From Octopus sinensis (taxonomy: Eukaryota): DNA of 64,000 nucleotides. The translations under genes were made by a program, and so were the position numbers. This document shows, one piece after another, positions 1 through 13,450 of the stretch (position 1 is its first letter; the number at the start of each line of letters is the position of its first letter). The stretch is from positions 30,690,001-30,754,000 of the forward strand of contig NC_043012.1 in assembly GCF_006345805.1 (NCBI RefSeq). The letters are read 5' to 3'. The notes beneath the pieces were generated by a model. It was given only the letters and a program-made list of their open reading frames with translations. It was not told the DNA's origin and did no database searches.

Positions 1-363
1 ACTATGACCAAAGCAACACACCGTTTGTTTGCATTTTTGTTTGTTAAATACGATTGGCAATTATCTGAAGGAAATTTGACTGCTATTTATTCTTCGACGA
101 TTTTGTCAAAAAAGTTATCCAGAACAAAGTAAATCTCGCTACCGTGAAGCTTTATGCTCAATTCTCTCTCTCTCTGTCTACCTCTCACTCACTGTTTATC
201 TCTCTCCACCTTCTCCTTCGCCTCTCTCTCTCCGCTTTGTCTCTCACTTTCCTATGAGCGCCCATGTAGAGATTGGCTGCAGACATTCGACACCATTCAT
301 TCTCAGTGTCTTTAATTTACTCTCATTCATATGACGTCATAATAATAAACTGTGTTGCGATGC

Positions 364-402
364 TCTTTCTGAAAAAAGAACAGAAATTCGAAACGTCAAA
401 GA
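364..402 (+). ncRNA. Degenerate minimal type-I hammerhead-like motif (Penelope-terminus type), probably inactive
   Basis: tcttt-CTGAAAA-aa-GAA cagaaa TTC-GAAAC-GTC-aaaga: 5-bp stem I, 3-bp stem II, palindromic ACGT stem III; core G8 replaced by A. Confidence 0.4.
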
Positions 403-485
403 AACCTCTTGCCTCTCGTCTACACTGATCACATTTTGCATTCTGTGTTCATAATCTCATCACGTGATACATACGTACATACATT

Positions 486-512
486 ATATTATATATATAT
501 ATATATATATTA

Positions 513-567
<55 letters not shown>

Positions 568-583
568 CATATATATACATACA

Positions 584-615
<32 letters not shown>
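486..615. repeat. Compound (TA)n-(TACA)n microsatellite
   Basis: Direct reading; explains ORFs 409..618, 449..634, 464..820. Confidence 0.95.
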
Positions 616-617
<2 letters not shown>

Positions 618-1052
618 AGAACATAGACACACACATATATGTAAGCTCATATATATATATATTCCCTGCTTATCTGTTATATGTGTGTCTGTATGTATAC
701 AGATACTCAAGCATGCATTATATTAACATAGGTATGAACTCACAGAAGCATGTATATGTAAGTGTATATATGTACGTATATGAAAGTGTGCGTATGTCAA
801 AATATTATGAGCTGCATTAACCTTTAACAGAGAATATTGGTTTACACAAGAGATTGAAAGGAAAACTAAACTCGACGCCATTTCAAATTGGCTTCCATTA
901 CAACAGAAACAAGCAGAAAGTTTCACTTTGGCATTTGCTCGTTGTTGTTGCTGTTGTGACTGCTGTTGTTTTTGTTGTAACTTATGTTGTAGGTCTGACA
1001 CTATTTACATATCGTTGCTCTATTTCTTTTCGTTCATTTTGCATTTAAGCGC

Positions 1053-1095
<43 letters not shown>

Positions 1096-1648
1096 GAGTG
1101 AGAGAGGAGTTCATGCCATCAAAGGGACACTGGGGTAAAATATACGAAGCCCAATATACCCATCATGACTACCCGTCTGATAAGGGTACACCAGGCACAT
1201 GCATCACAACCATATGTGCGCGACATGGTGATCTCATATCAAGATAAACAAGCACATGACCTTGCAGGTGGGGCCCAGTTAGAATTTTCTTCAGGTTGAG
1301 TAGCCCATCCCCTCAAAAGGTCCCTGAATAAGGGTTTTTAAGGATGTTGAAAGAAACACCCATGTTTCCAGAGGTGAATTATTCAAACCCCAAAGAATCC
1401 CTCTCAACACATGGCTATGATGCTCCCCCACTACTTCTGCTCGTGATCAGAGATGCACATATCGTCAGCCACTAAGGGACATGCTCAACTGGTTTAGGTC
1501 AAACAACTGACAAGCAAATCTGTAGTGTTGAGCAGAATATTTGCTGTAACCCATGTTTTATACCAAGACAAAACAGTGTACATGATAACACTTCAAATCA
1601 GTTAAGATCAGAAGCCACGAGAGCCACTGCCTGGTACTGCATCAGGAC

Positions 1649-1651
<3 letters not shown>
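1096..1651. mobile_element. Unclassified ~555-bp non-coding interspersed element inserted in a (TTA)n tract
   Basis: Complex, relatively GC-rich block bounded on both sides by (TTA)n (1054-1095 and 1651-1709); no ORF >=60 aa; recalled as a common octopus repeat. Confidence 0.6.
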
Positions 1652-1709
<58 letters not shown>

Positions 1710-1712
<3 letters not shown>

Positions 1713-1926
1713 TAGTTTTATTTTTATAGCGTGCTTTCACTTCACTACCGAGCGCAGCTCTGTGTGCCTTGGGTATGTGCTGTGATTTGTTGTGATGCTC
1801 TGATGGTTATTGTATGGAAAGTGTTCTGCGTAAGATGTGTGCAGTGCCTAGTAGTGCAATTTTCTGTATGTTATATGTGTTTGTAAGTCCTGGTGTTTTT
1901 GTTATGTATTTGTCTGAATATTTTTT
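1710..1926 (-). mobile_element. R4/Dong-clade (RLE non-LTR) 3' end, heavily 5'-truncated
   Basis: Minus strand encodes KTPGLTNTYNIQKIALLGTAHILRRTLSIQ*, matching the R4-clade C-terminal QKxxLLGTAHILRKVL motif, then a 3' UTR running into (TAA)n; 3 mismatches versus the copy at 27324-27519. Confidence 0.85.
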
Positions 1927-1945
1927 TATTATTATTTTATTATTA

Positions 1946-2012
<67 letters not shown>

Positions 2013-2014
<2 letters not shown>

Positions 2015-2216
2015 TGGCAGCACCAATCGAACGCCGGATGAAATGCTTAGCGGTATTTCGCCCGTCGCTACGTTCTGAGTTCAAATTCTGCCGAGGTCGA
2101 CTTTGCCTTTCATCATTTCGTGGTCGATGTAATAAGTACCAGTTACGCTCTGGGTGCGATGTAATCGACTAGTCCTTCCCTTAAAATGTTGAAGGCCTTG
2201 TGCCTAGAGTAGAATT
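2013..2216 (+). mobile_element. SINE family B (tRNA-like head plus MetaSINE-like core)
   Basis: B-box gagttcaaatt; core gaggtcgactttgcctttcatc..gtcgat..taagtaccag; more than 10 related copies in this window. Confidence 0.8.
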
Positions 2217-2280
2217 AATTGTTATTGCTGTTGTAATAGAAGCAGTACTACCTGTAGCAGTAGTAGTGTTATAATCACTT

Positions 2281-2281
2281 C

Positions 2282-2350
<69 letters not shown>

Positions 2351-2377
2351 CTATCTATCTATCTATCTATCTCTCTC

Positions 2378-2450
<73 letters not shown>

Positions 2451-2452
2451 TA
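2281..2452. repeat. Compound (TATC)n-(TC)n-(TA)n microsatellite
   Basis: Direct reading. Confidence 0.95.
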
Positions 2453-2578
2453 ATAATATTAGGGAATAAATCCAAACTTACAGGGAAAAATTAGATTTAG
2501 GATTAAATTCAATTTTATATTATAAATATATTATATTATATTATATTAAATTAGAGATAAAACCCCTATTAGGCAAAT

Positions 2579-2642
<64 letters not shown>

Positions 2643-2669
2643 GTATGTATGTTTATACATACACGTGCT

Positions 2670-2825
2670 GTTGGCGATTTCTTTTCCTCTTCGAACTTCT
2701 CCCTTTCTCCTTTCCGACTAAGAGCTATGCTCGAAACGTCAAACTCTCTCTTTTCACCGAACGTCAAGCTAATATACTTCTTGCGCAGGTCTTCTTGTCC
2801 GTTAATTTTATTCGTTTATTTGCAC
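2670..2825 (+). mobile_element. Penelope-like element terminal fragment carrying a hammerhead-like relic (2711-2743)
   Basis: ttt-CCGACTA-A-GAGC tat GCTC-GAAAC-GTC-aaa followed by a pyrimidine-rich tail. Confidence 0.45.
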
Positions 2826-2902
2826 TGACTATATACATACATATATATATATATACATATATACACACACACACTCACACACAGTGCATGTGTACGTGAG
2901 CG

Positions 2903-2946
<44 letters not shown>

Positions 2947-3017
2947 CATATATATATAAAGATTCATGGATCGAGGTATAGGAAGAATGTTAGCTCCGAG
3001 CAATCCATGGTAGAGAC

Positions 3018-3060
<43 letters not shown>

Positions 3061-3751
3061 GAGAGAGAACCAGTAAAAACAGAGAACGATAGATAAATAG
3101 TTTGATAGTTATTCAAAGAAAATAGCGAGTCAACGTGAAGACTAATTAAGCGGAGAAGTAGTTTAATGAAGCCGTCCTGTACATTACTTCACCTTGGTTA
3201 GATTGTGTCTGGTTAATTTCTTCCTTTCATCGTCGAGGGAAATGAGAAGAATACAGACAAGGTCAACTCCAACATCTCCCACCCACCACCACCACCACAT
3301 ATGCACTCCCCACAAATACACGTATATGTATATACACACACAAATATGCACTCTCCACAAACACACTTCTACATACACACACAGACACACGAAAAAATAG
3401 GCACACAGGTAACAAACGTGTCTTTAATTCCGAAAATCTTGCTTAGTAAAGTTATCATCCTGTGTTGTGTTTAGATTTTTAAACACTCTTAGAGGGAGGT
3501 TTTGTCAAGTAATTGCATGGATTACTTCAGTTTCTTTGAAGAATTTCAACTCAGTGCATTACATACATGAGGGCCACCGCCACTTCTGTTAATGTACAGA
3601 ACATTTCCCTTCGTTACTTTTCCCTCAGCCACATTCAACGATGGAGGGAAATATTGGCGATCTGTTGTCCATTTTTGTAAATATTGCATCAACCATTTGA
3701 CTTGGGAAATGTTAACGTTGTATATTGTTGTTGGGGCTTTCTTTTTATGGG

Positions 3752-3930
3752 TGGAGGTGTGTAGCTCAGTGGTAACAGTTGCACTCATGATCGCATGTTT
3801 TGGTTTCGATTCCTGATTGAGCAAAACACTTCATTTCACGTTGGCTATATATAGTCCAGGGTAATCCTACGAGAAATTGGTGCCCCATCCAGGGGTGAGG
3901 TATATGCTATGGCTCGGGAAGGATCTTTGA
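3752..3930 (+). mobile_element. SINE family C (tRNA-derived), diverged
   Basis: A-box gtagctcagtggta, B-box ggtttcgattcct, then gagcaaaacacttcatttcacgttg and a ccccatccagggg tail. Confidence 0.7.
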
Positions 3931-4870
3931 TCCCTTTTTTTGTTTTCTTAGTTGAATCAGGTCAACCCTCAAGAAGTAGACTTACAGTCAAAGCACTTTC
4001 ACCCGTGACATGATCATCTCAAGTATTTTTAAACTACATCTTTATTAAGCTGATAGAATATGATCTGAATAATATTTGGTTGCTATATCTACTTATTGCT
4101 TCTTCAAGACAATTTGTTTCGATACAGAGATAACAAATTATGAAACGGAGATCTAACTGCTGTTTCTGCCACGTCAAATGTCACCATATAGGACCACTCG
4201 TTCGCCCGGCGTTCAGTTAGTTGACTTGAGCGTTTAGAAACTGTCACGTTAGTGGCTGGGTATTTCCGAGTTAATGGAAATGGTTAAATGGAACTGAGGT
4301 CTACACATTGAGAAATAACTGGATATATCAGGCACCTGTAATCTCAGAGATGTATTTCTCACTGAGCACCAGTGTGACACACTGTGATAAGGCCATCACC
4401 ATTGAATTACAGGTACTGTTCATCCGAAGGGCTTCCGTACACTTTCCGTTTACTCAGTTATGAGTTGATTCCAGGAGGCAATAGAGAAAGAAAGTAGGCA
4501 ACATGTTATGAAGCGGATTTGAGAAAACGGGAAAACTCTAGCCTGCGATCATTTGAGGTGACCCTCCCGAGAGACAATGTTGTCTCGACAAGAAACTAAT
4601 CCACAACAAATACTCTCTAAAGAAAAACCATCAATTCAAAATAGATTTTTCCCGAATGGGGAGGCACTTTCACCAACGTTTTTATTTTCTTTCCAATGTG
4701 TTATTCCTCCGAGTGACGTGGACGACGCTGATTCGTTGAAATATTTAACACTTCACAATCGCATAATACTAGCATTCTTTTTTTTTTTTTTTGTGGGGTG
4801 GGGAAATGGATACAGAAGAAACTATGTGAAACCGATGTATATATATATACAAATACACAATTAAAGAAAA

Positions 4871-4911
<41 letters not shown>

Positions 4912-4924
4912 GGTAGATTAACAG

Positions 4925-5105
4925 AATTGTTAGCGCGTTAGACAAAATGTTTAGCGTCATTTCTTGCAGCTCTTTATAACGCTGAGGTCAACTTTGCCTG
5001 TCACTCTTTCGGGGTTGATAAAATAAAGTACCAGCCAAATACTAGAGTCGATGATATCGAATACTCTCCATCTCCTCAAAATTGCTGGCCTTCTACTTGA
5101 AACAG
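4925..5105 (+). mobile_element. SINE family B, diverged
   Basis: gaggtcaactttgcctgtcactctttcggggttgataaaataaagtaccag core. Confidence 0.7.
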
Positions 5106-5505
5106 ACACCATTCTTCTTCTTCTTCTTCTTCTTCTTCTTGCTTTTGTTATTATAACATTTCATTTTGTCATTTCAGGCGTAGGTAATCTTAGCACATTC
5201 TAAGCACCAACCGTTGCCTCTTTTCCTCTCCTTTCTTCCTCAAAGAATTTGTCTGTCAGTAGTAAGAAGACGCGATAAATATTTCTTGCAAAAGCCATGA
5301 GACACGTTGAACAAGAGATGAGCTTCCGGCGAATTGTCTCTCAGCTTTCTTTTCAGTTTTTGATGTTATAATTTCATTTTTGTTATATTCATGAAACAAC
5401 CTTGAGAAAATGGTGAAGGTCACTTCTACGAAATTCTCTCCCCATAAAAAAAGTGTGTGCGTATGTGTGTGTCGTCTTCGTGTTATTTATAATTTTTGCA
5501 CACAC

Positions 5506-5569
<64 letters not shown>

Positions 5570-5689
5570 ACACAGAGAGACATATATATATATATATATA
5601 CACGTGTGTTTGTGTGTGTGTATCTTCGTCTGTTTTGATGACTAGTATTCAATAGTTTGATGAACTGAATTTTACTTTATTAGCTTTAA

Positions 5690-5965
5690 GTGGCCGAGTA
5701 CACCACAGACACGTGTACCCATAACATAATTTCCGGGCCAACTCCGCGTGCCTGACCCGGTGTGTGAGGACAAACTGACATTTGAATTACTTGTGCAATC
5801 CATTTGAGGTGTTTCACACAGTTTCGGTCTCCCCATTTTTATTCAAAAGCTCGAGTTAGTTCATTGCTATGGTAAAGCACACTTGCCTAAGATGCCATAT
5901 AACAGAATCGAACCTTGTGACCTCATGGCTGGGAAGCTATCTCCCTAACCATTCGGCTATGTTGC
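5690..5965 (-). mobile_element. tRNA-derived SINE (family A-type head), diverged
   Basis: Reverse complement of the head atagccgaatggttagggagatagcttcccagccatgaggtcacaaggttcgattc; shares motifs with 35488 and 47603 copies. Confidence 0.6.
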
Positions 5966-6044
5966 GTCCAAATTTACGTTTATGTTTTAGTATAGAAGAC
6001 GGATAATTTTTGATTTTTTTATAATTCCATAATATTGATCTTCA

Positions 6045-6180
6045 GCATAATCGTTAGACAGCCGGACGAAATATTTTACGGTATTTCTTCCGGCTCTGTA
6101 CGTACCGGGTTCAAATTTCACCGAGGTCAATGTAGCTTTTTATCTCTCCGGGATCGATAAAATAAAGTACCAGTCAAGGA
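6045..6180 (+). mobile_element. SINE family B fragment
   Basis: gggttcaaatttcaccgaggtcaa..gatcgataaaataaagtaccag. Confidence 0.7.
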
Positions 6181-7805
6181 CAGAGCTCTCGTGTTGTTCC
6201 TAAATCCGAAATTATAAGTAATCCGCAAAACAAGAGAAATAAACCAAGGAAAACAAAAAGGCAAAAAAATTAAGATTGGCAGAAATGTTGAGTAACCGAC
6301 TGTGTCTGGCGGTCAGAATATTCTGCCGTATTATCGGAAAAAACTTGAAGGAATGCCGTAGATGTAAATATTTGTAGCAAAGTACCAAAGTTGTAAAAAC
6401 TAAAAGAAAAATACTAAATAAATAAGAATTTAAGTGGGTGTTGGTGGTGGCGGAGTGGTGAGAAGAACGATAAGCAAAGCAAGAATCTAAATAGCGACTC
6501 AGGTTTGTGTTGCCGCCATTCGCCAAGTTTCAATTCTCTGACGTCATTGATAACCTTGAGAAATGACTGAAGGTCAAAGCCGTCACGTTTTCTCATTGTC
6601 ATAAATGGAAGACACTCATGCCAAATGATTTAGAAGCAAAAATGAATATAAGAATAAAAATAATAATCGGAAAGGCTGTGCGGGTGGTAAGTAGCAAAGA
6701 GCAAAGTGTAGGAAGCTAACGAGATAAGGCTGCATATTCAGTTTCGAATGGAGGTCGGGTCTGATTCACCTCTCATGTATTGGCAATGTCCTTGAACAAG
6801 TATTTTAAGGACATCACACAATCCGTTAATAAGTATTTGGGGGTTTATGAGAAAACCATTTTATATCCCTTTATAGTTAGCGACTAATGGCGTAAAAGAA
6901 ATGGATGAACGACACAACATCCCGTCCCGGTATTTTATAAATCTGTGTCCATGTCTCTAATCAGGGAAGTTTCTTACCCTAACAAGAACAACATGATCAC
7001 CGCCAATTCCTCTTTAATGGTAATTATTAATAAATGAATTCTTTTGTATTTCATTGTTGAAGTCCGAGACTTTGGATTGCTTTACGTTTACATCTATTTT
7101 TAGAGATAGATGTCTGTTAGTTCCTATCCAGACTCTTTCTGAAACTGTAATGAAAGGGAATCTCGGATATTTCTTACTTTTCTAACGACAGATGACATTT
7201 CATTCTGCCCCACTTTGCCTGTCTGCCTGTGTGCCTGCCTGCCTGCCTGTCTGTTTGTCTTTTAAGACATCTATCAGTAAAAAGTGAATAATAATAAAAA
7301 TAATCGATAATTTCTAGGGTGTCTTTCGCCATCGATTGAAATATTGTCTGCAACAGCTCTTCAAAACTATCTTCAACACTGACTAACATATCTCGGTTAG
7401 AATTGAACCTGCATATCAACAAATTTAATTTAACTGAAAGTTTATTAGCAAAAGACAGCAATGCATGATCTAGTTTATAATTTGTTGAAGTTGATAAAGA
7501 GAGAACAGAAACCTAACTGTACGGTGGCAGTGGCTAAGACAATTAGTTGTAAAATATGACCCAGCTACACTAAGATCTGAAAAAGAACCGTAGTTTAAAA
7601 ACAGTAGGTTTCTCTGAGAAGCATTGCAGTAAGATTAATGAGCAATCTTGAGAGCTTGTTGCGTTCAATTTTTGTGGTGATCCTGAAGTTCAGAAGGAAT
7701 TGGTGAAACGTTTTCACTGACGACTTTCCGAGAATTTACTGTTACAAGACAAATTATAAGTTATGATTTTGACATACAAAGAGACACAACTTAACATCGG
7801 TTTAC

Positions 7806-7816
7806 ACTATATATAT

Positions 7817-7849
<33 letters not shown>

Positions 7850-7958
7850 TAATATATATATATATATATATATAATATATATATATATAATATATATATA
7901 TACTATATAATATATATATATATAGATATATATATATATAACATATATATATATACAT

Positions 7959-8032
<74 letters not shown>

Positions 8033-8067
8033 CTATATATATATATACATATATATATACATATATA

Positions 8068-8112
<45 letters not shown>

Positions 8113-8120
8113 ATATATAC

Positions 8121-8183
<63 letters not shown>

Positions 8184-8200
8184 CATATATATATACATAC

Positions 8201-8258
<58 letters not shown>

Positions 8259-8276
8259 ATATATATATATATCTAT
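7806..8276. repeat. ~470-bp interrupted (TA)n array
   Basis: Direct reading; explains the 174-aa YI-repeat ORF. Confidence 0.95.
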
Positions 8277-8294
8277 AAAGAAACTTCTTTGAGG

Positions 8295-8447
8295 TTCCCA
8301 TTTCGCAAATCCCACTCACATGGTATTGGTCAGCATGTGGAGTTAAAGTAGCAGATCTATGACAAAAATGTCACGTAGTGAGATTGAACCTGAGACCACG
8401 TGGTTACGAATCTAACTTCCTAACCACACAGCTATACCTTGATATGC
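8295..8447 (-). mobile_element. SINE family A 5' part, diverged
   Basis: Reverse complement reads gctgtgtggttaggaag..aaccacgtggtctcaggttcaatctcact..gtgagtgggatttg. Confidence 0.65.
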
Positions 8448-8829
8448 TTCCCCCGCCTTAATATATATATTTCAATTCCTTGGAGGAAGAAAGAGCAGAT
8501 TTAAAGATGCTGTTTCACAACCTAAAAATACCTGCGACACCTTTCCCAACTCCATATATGGATAGAATTGAACGCATAAAATATCAGACATATTCATTTA
8601 TTTATTCACGTATGTATTTAGACGGTGTTGTCGTTATTTTTGTCAGTCGTGGGACGCAGTTGACAGCTCTCTTATGCAATGTCTTTAAAGCCTGGCATTT
8701 GCACAAGGAAAGCAATGACATTGGTTTCATTGAAAGTCAACTAAAAACGAAAAAACCTGGAGGAAGCAAGCTGATGTTTTGTTCCATGGCCAAGAAGATT
8801 GGCAGCAAAAGGATGTAAAGACCCAGACC

Positions 8830-9525
8830 TCGGCTTTATGCTTTCTAATTTAGGTACAAGGTCAACAGTTTTGAGAGGAGAAAGATCTTGCTGATTACAC
8901 CGGGAAGCTGGGGGTGGGAAGGAACGGTGAATTCGGCGAGATTTGAACTCAGAACGCAAAGAACCAGAAAAACTTCGGCAAGGCCTTTCCGACAACGCAC
9001 TAACGATTTTGTCAATCCACCACCCTAAATAATGGTTTCTAATTTAGGTAAAGGAACAGTAATTTTTGCAGGGAAGAGTTTGACCAATGCCATCGAAGCA
9101 GTACCTGACTGGTTCTTGATATTATTGACTTTGCTGGGATTTGAACGCAAGACGTAAAGAGTCAGAACAAATATATTTTTGACCGCCTTTCTCACAAACC
9201 TGCTAGCTCTCCGCCTTACCACAAAACCAATTGCAACAAAATAATATTTGAACTGGTAATTACATTGCAATAATTATTAGGCTTATTGAAACAATAATAA
9301 TAATAATAATAATAATGACGCTGCTGCAGCTTGAGGTGCACGTCCGAATTAACAGGGCAAGTGCAGCATTGCATTTAGTGTTCATTGTTATTGTTATTAT
9401 TTGATGGCAGAATCGATAGAGTGTCGGACTAAAACCGCCTTGCAAGATTTGATCGGGCTCTTTCTCTGTCTTCAAATGCTTCCGAGGTCAGCCTAACCTT
9501 TTAGCTATTCAGAGTTGATAAATCG
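8830..9525. mobile_element. Cluster of three diverged SINE family B remnants (about 8830-9015 minus, 9035-9220 minus, 9400-9525 plus)
   Basis: gatttgaactcagaacg / gatttgaacgcaagacg on minus; ggcagaatcgatagagtgtcgg..gaggtca on plus. Confidence 0.55.
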
Positions 9526-9632
9526 TCTTCCAACACATACTATTAATGTTTTCGACTATAATTGGTTCCACATTTCCTACATTTCAAGCCTTATGTTTAT
9601 GCACAAAATTATTATCCTTATTATTATCATTA

Positions 9633-9707
<75 letters not shown>

Positions 9708-10094
9708 GTGATAGTAGTGTTGTTAAAAATACCGATTAGGGTTAAGGTTAATAAAAGAAGTTGTAATATTAAGGTTAAGATATTTGCCCAAACCTTTCAA
9801 GCAACAGTTTTACAACCGATCTCCCAATAATCTTTCTCTCGACCATCAGGTCACGGATAACGCGTAAGGTACATCCATGTATAAATGTATACGTATTTGT
9901 GGGGATGTGTGGATGTGTGGTGTGAGTGTGTAATGTGTTTTGGTGGGAAACTGAGAGGCGAGAGGTCAAAGGTTGGTGAAAACCGGTAAAAACGAAATTT
10001 ATATTTATGAACATAATCAAACAGCAATAATTATACATAGTCGGTAGGTAAGCAACACAAAATCATACAAGTTATATATATATATAATATATAT

Positions 10095-10139
<45 letters not shown>

Positions 10140-11589
10140 AAGAAAGAGAGAGAAAGAAAGAAAGAGAGAGAAAGAGAGAGAGCAAGTGAGAAAGAGAAAG
10201 AAAAAAGAGCCAGACAGACAGTTGATCTCGGAATTCCTGAACAGTAATTGATTAAGGATAATATATTTTCCTAAAGCACTTTCCTAATTACTTCACCTGT
10301 ACCACCTAGGTAATCAAATTTGTTTTTTTCTCCTACTTGCCAGGTGCAAGAAATGTATGTATGCTTGCATTTATGTATGTGTGAACATAGATGTATGCTG
10401 AATAGTTTATCAATTTTGAGCTTGTATGAGCTAAAGTTGTCTACGTGAGGTGGTCGTTTCTCCTACTAGAAATATCAGTTATAACACCGTCAAAGTACAG
10501 TTCAATGTCTTAACAAACAAGTCATTTTGGATTATAAAGGGTTAGACATGCTGTTCTTACAAAAAAAGAGAAAAGATGTGATAGCACCTCTGTTAGGGAG
10601 GGGCGCCATCGTTAGGATCCCGTACAATACAAGAAAATACATCACAATATCATAATTAAATGATAATTGGTTAGAAAGTGCGAATATGATTTATCATATC
10701 GAAAAGTATATTTAACTTCGTTTTTTCTTGGTTAATATTTTTAAAAGATCAACAACAAAAATTGATAAATACAAACGAGATTAAAAAGCGAAAGTTGAAA
10801 ATGTGAAAAATTTAAAGAGGAAATTAAAGATTAAGCTTTAAGATTAGAAATTAAGTGTTAAGATTAAAGAATTAAAATTAAAGAATAATTAAGCAAGACT
10901 TACCACTACTTTAGCCATTGTGCTTAGTATTTCTTGAGATCTTTCTCTTTGTTATTTTTAGTTTTGTTTGTGGTTTTTGTTGATTAAATTTTCTTTAATT
11001 GGGAAGAATTAGGTGTAGAACAACTTGGTATCACTGATAAAATTTGTGATGAAAGGAAACAAAGCTAATATATAATTTATATATATATATATGTATGTGA
11101 GTATATATATATATATTTATATGCTACTATAAAAGAAGTCGAAAGTTTGGAGAAGTTTGGAAGAATATGTTCCTTACGATAAACCGCAACTGCATATATA
11201 GCAGTAACCCGATAGGTGGATGAATAAAAAAGTATATACGTGTGTATGTGTAAATAACAAATGGATGGAAAAATAAGAAGTAAAAAACAAACAGTAGAAA
11301 TAGTGATAGAACTAAATAAATAAAAAAAGAATGAGAGAAACGAGCCAACCAAAATGGATAGCAGAGTAACGCCTATAAAAAGCGGTCCATGTGATTTCTG
11401 TCCGTCTTAGTATAAATACTGTGCCATTTGCTCACTGCAAAAAAAGAGAAAAGACAACCATTTGCGCATTCATTCATTCAGCGCGCCGGCAACTTTAGAT
11501 TGGTTCCTGACTTTTAAGCTTTCTTAAAACAACTGGGATTTTCCTTCAGCACTTTGTACTACTTCCTTTACATAAGCACAGACATACCA

Positions 11590-11646
<57 letters not shown>

Positions 11647-12308
11647 GGAGTGTAAATGCTTACTAACATCCACGAAAAGCACGGCTTTTGTTTGACACGT
11701 GTTTATTATTCTTCGTTTTATTCTGTTTTTACTTAACATTTTCTATTTTAATATTTTTATCCTAACGCTTTCATTTTACCCTAACATCTCCTGATATTCT
11801 TCTTCTTCTTCTTCTTCTTCTTCTTTTTCTCTTCTTCTTCTTCTTCTTCTCTTCTTCTTCTTCTTCTTCTTTTCTTCCTTATTATCTTACCCTCTCTATT
11901 TCTTTCTCCTTCCCTTTCTCCCCCCCCCACTTACTCCACCTAACCCATCTACCTTTACCTAGGTGCATTCAGATATTTTCATTCCAATACACAAGTGCTC
12001 TCTTTCTCTCTCTTGTATGCCAGATAATTGCAAGCAGAGAACAATTTCACTTATTGTACAAACTCAAGATAAAAATACCAAAATATGTGACGACTTGGAT
12101 GTGCATGTACACACATACACATATATATATATATATACATACATATCTATATATACATATAGGTATATATATAATATATACGTATATGTATGGTATGCTT
12201 ATGTTTGCATGTCAAAATGCATACTTTTATGTATCTATATCAAAGTATATGTAAATATGTGCGTATAGAAATACGTACATGTTTATTTGTGGTTGCCTTT
12301 ATATATGC

Positions 12309-12394
<86 letters not shown>

Positions 12395-12551
12395 TATATG
12401 TAATATAGACACATGTAAATTTGTGTATATGTACATAATTATGAATTTATGTATGTATCTGTCAGTCTGGGTTGTCTTCTGTGCTGCTATTTTCGGTTTT
12501 GAAATATTGCTGGAATATTATGGTTTTATTGCAGAAAGAGGAAGAGAAGAC

Positions 12552-12555
<4 letters not shown>

Positions 12556-12620
<65 letters not shown>

Positions 12621-13260
12621 GGTGGTATGGGGGATGAGAAGGACTCTCCGAATGAAGACTTCTTTTTGTTAGGTGTACTTTATCAGATAAAATGTATTTC
12701 TTCTTTGAAGCATTCTTAGTTGATGTATGCAACCATTAGCACCACTACACACCACAACATAACACGCCACCAACCGCTACCACCACCACTATCACCACCG
12801 ACACACGCACCACTACACATACCTACATCACTTTCTTCATCTCCATCGTTCTCGCTTCGCATTACTGCCTTCACCACCACCACCACCACCACCACTACCA
12901 CCACCACCACCACCACCACTACCACCACCACCACCACCGCCACCACCACCATTGCCCTCCTCATCTCCATCGTCAACACCATTAACATCATCGTCAGCAT
13001 CATCATCCTCATGATGGTGATGATCATTATTATCATTTTCGTAATCATTTTCGATCATCATTATCATCATCGTCATCATCATGATCATCATCATCATCAT
13101 CATTGCCTACACTAGCAGTATAATATTTGTGAAATCCCAAAGGTGTTAAGATGCTGGAACAATTAGTGATGTCTTGCAGTGTGTTACTATATAGCGGCGG
13201 CGGCGGTGGCAGTAGTGGTGGTGATGACGATGATGATGATGATAGCAGCGGTGATGCTGG
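12556..13260. repeat. (GA)n followed by degenerate (CAC)n/(CAT)n/(GGT)n trinucleotide block
   Basis: Direct reading; source of poly-V/T/G/M ORFs. Confidence 0.9.
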
Positions 13261-13450
13261 TTATTGTGGTTGTGGTGCTGGGGGAGATGGGTGTTAACAA
13301 GATCAATTAGCGAGTGTCGGACCAAAAATACTTTTCTTTCATGTGTTTAGTTTTATTCCTTTACGTTGTGAGTTCAAATCACGTCGCTACCAATTGTTGA
13401 TTTCTTTTAAATTGTTGTAACGTCGTTAACATGTATGTGTGTATGAATAT

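Noticed and set aside
268-340. CCAAT box plus CRE palindrome (atgacgtcat); similar CRE/YY1-like words at 6510-6547, TATA-like words at 11373-11418 and TAATTGATTA at 10245-10254
   Set aside because: Short motifs expected by chance; no transcript or conservation evidence available
10904-11033. Minus-strand exon-like segment ending ATG GCT AAA GTA GTG|gtaagt
   Set aside because: Only five codons and no downstream partner exon identified; such donors are expected many times by chance in 64 kb
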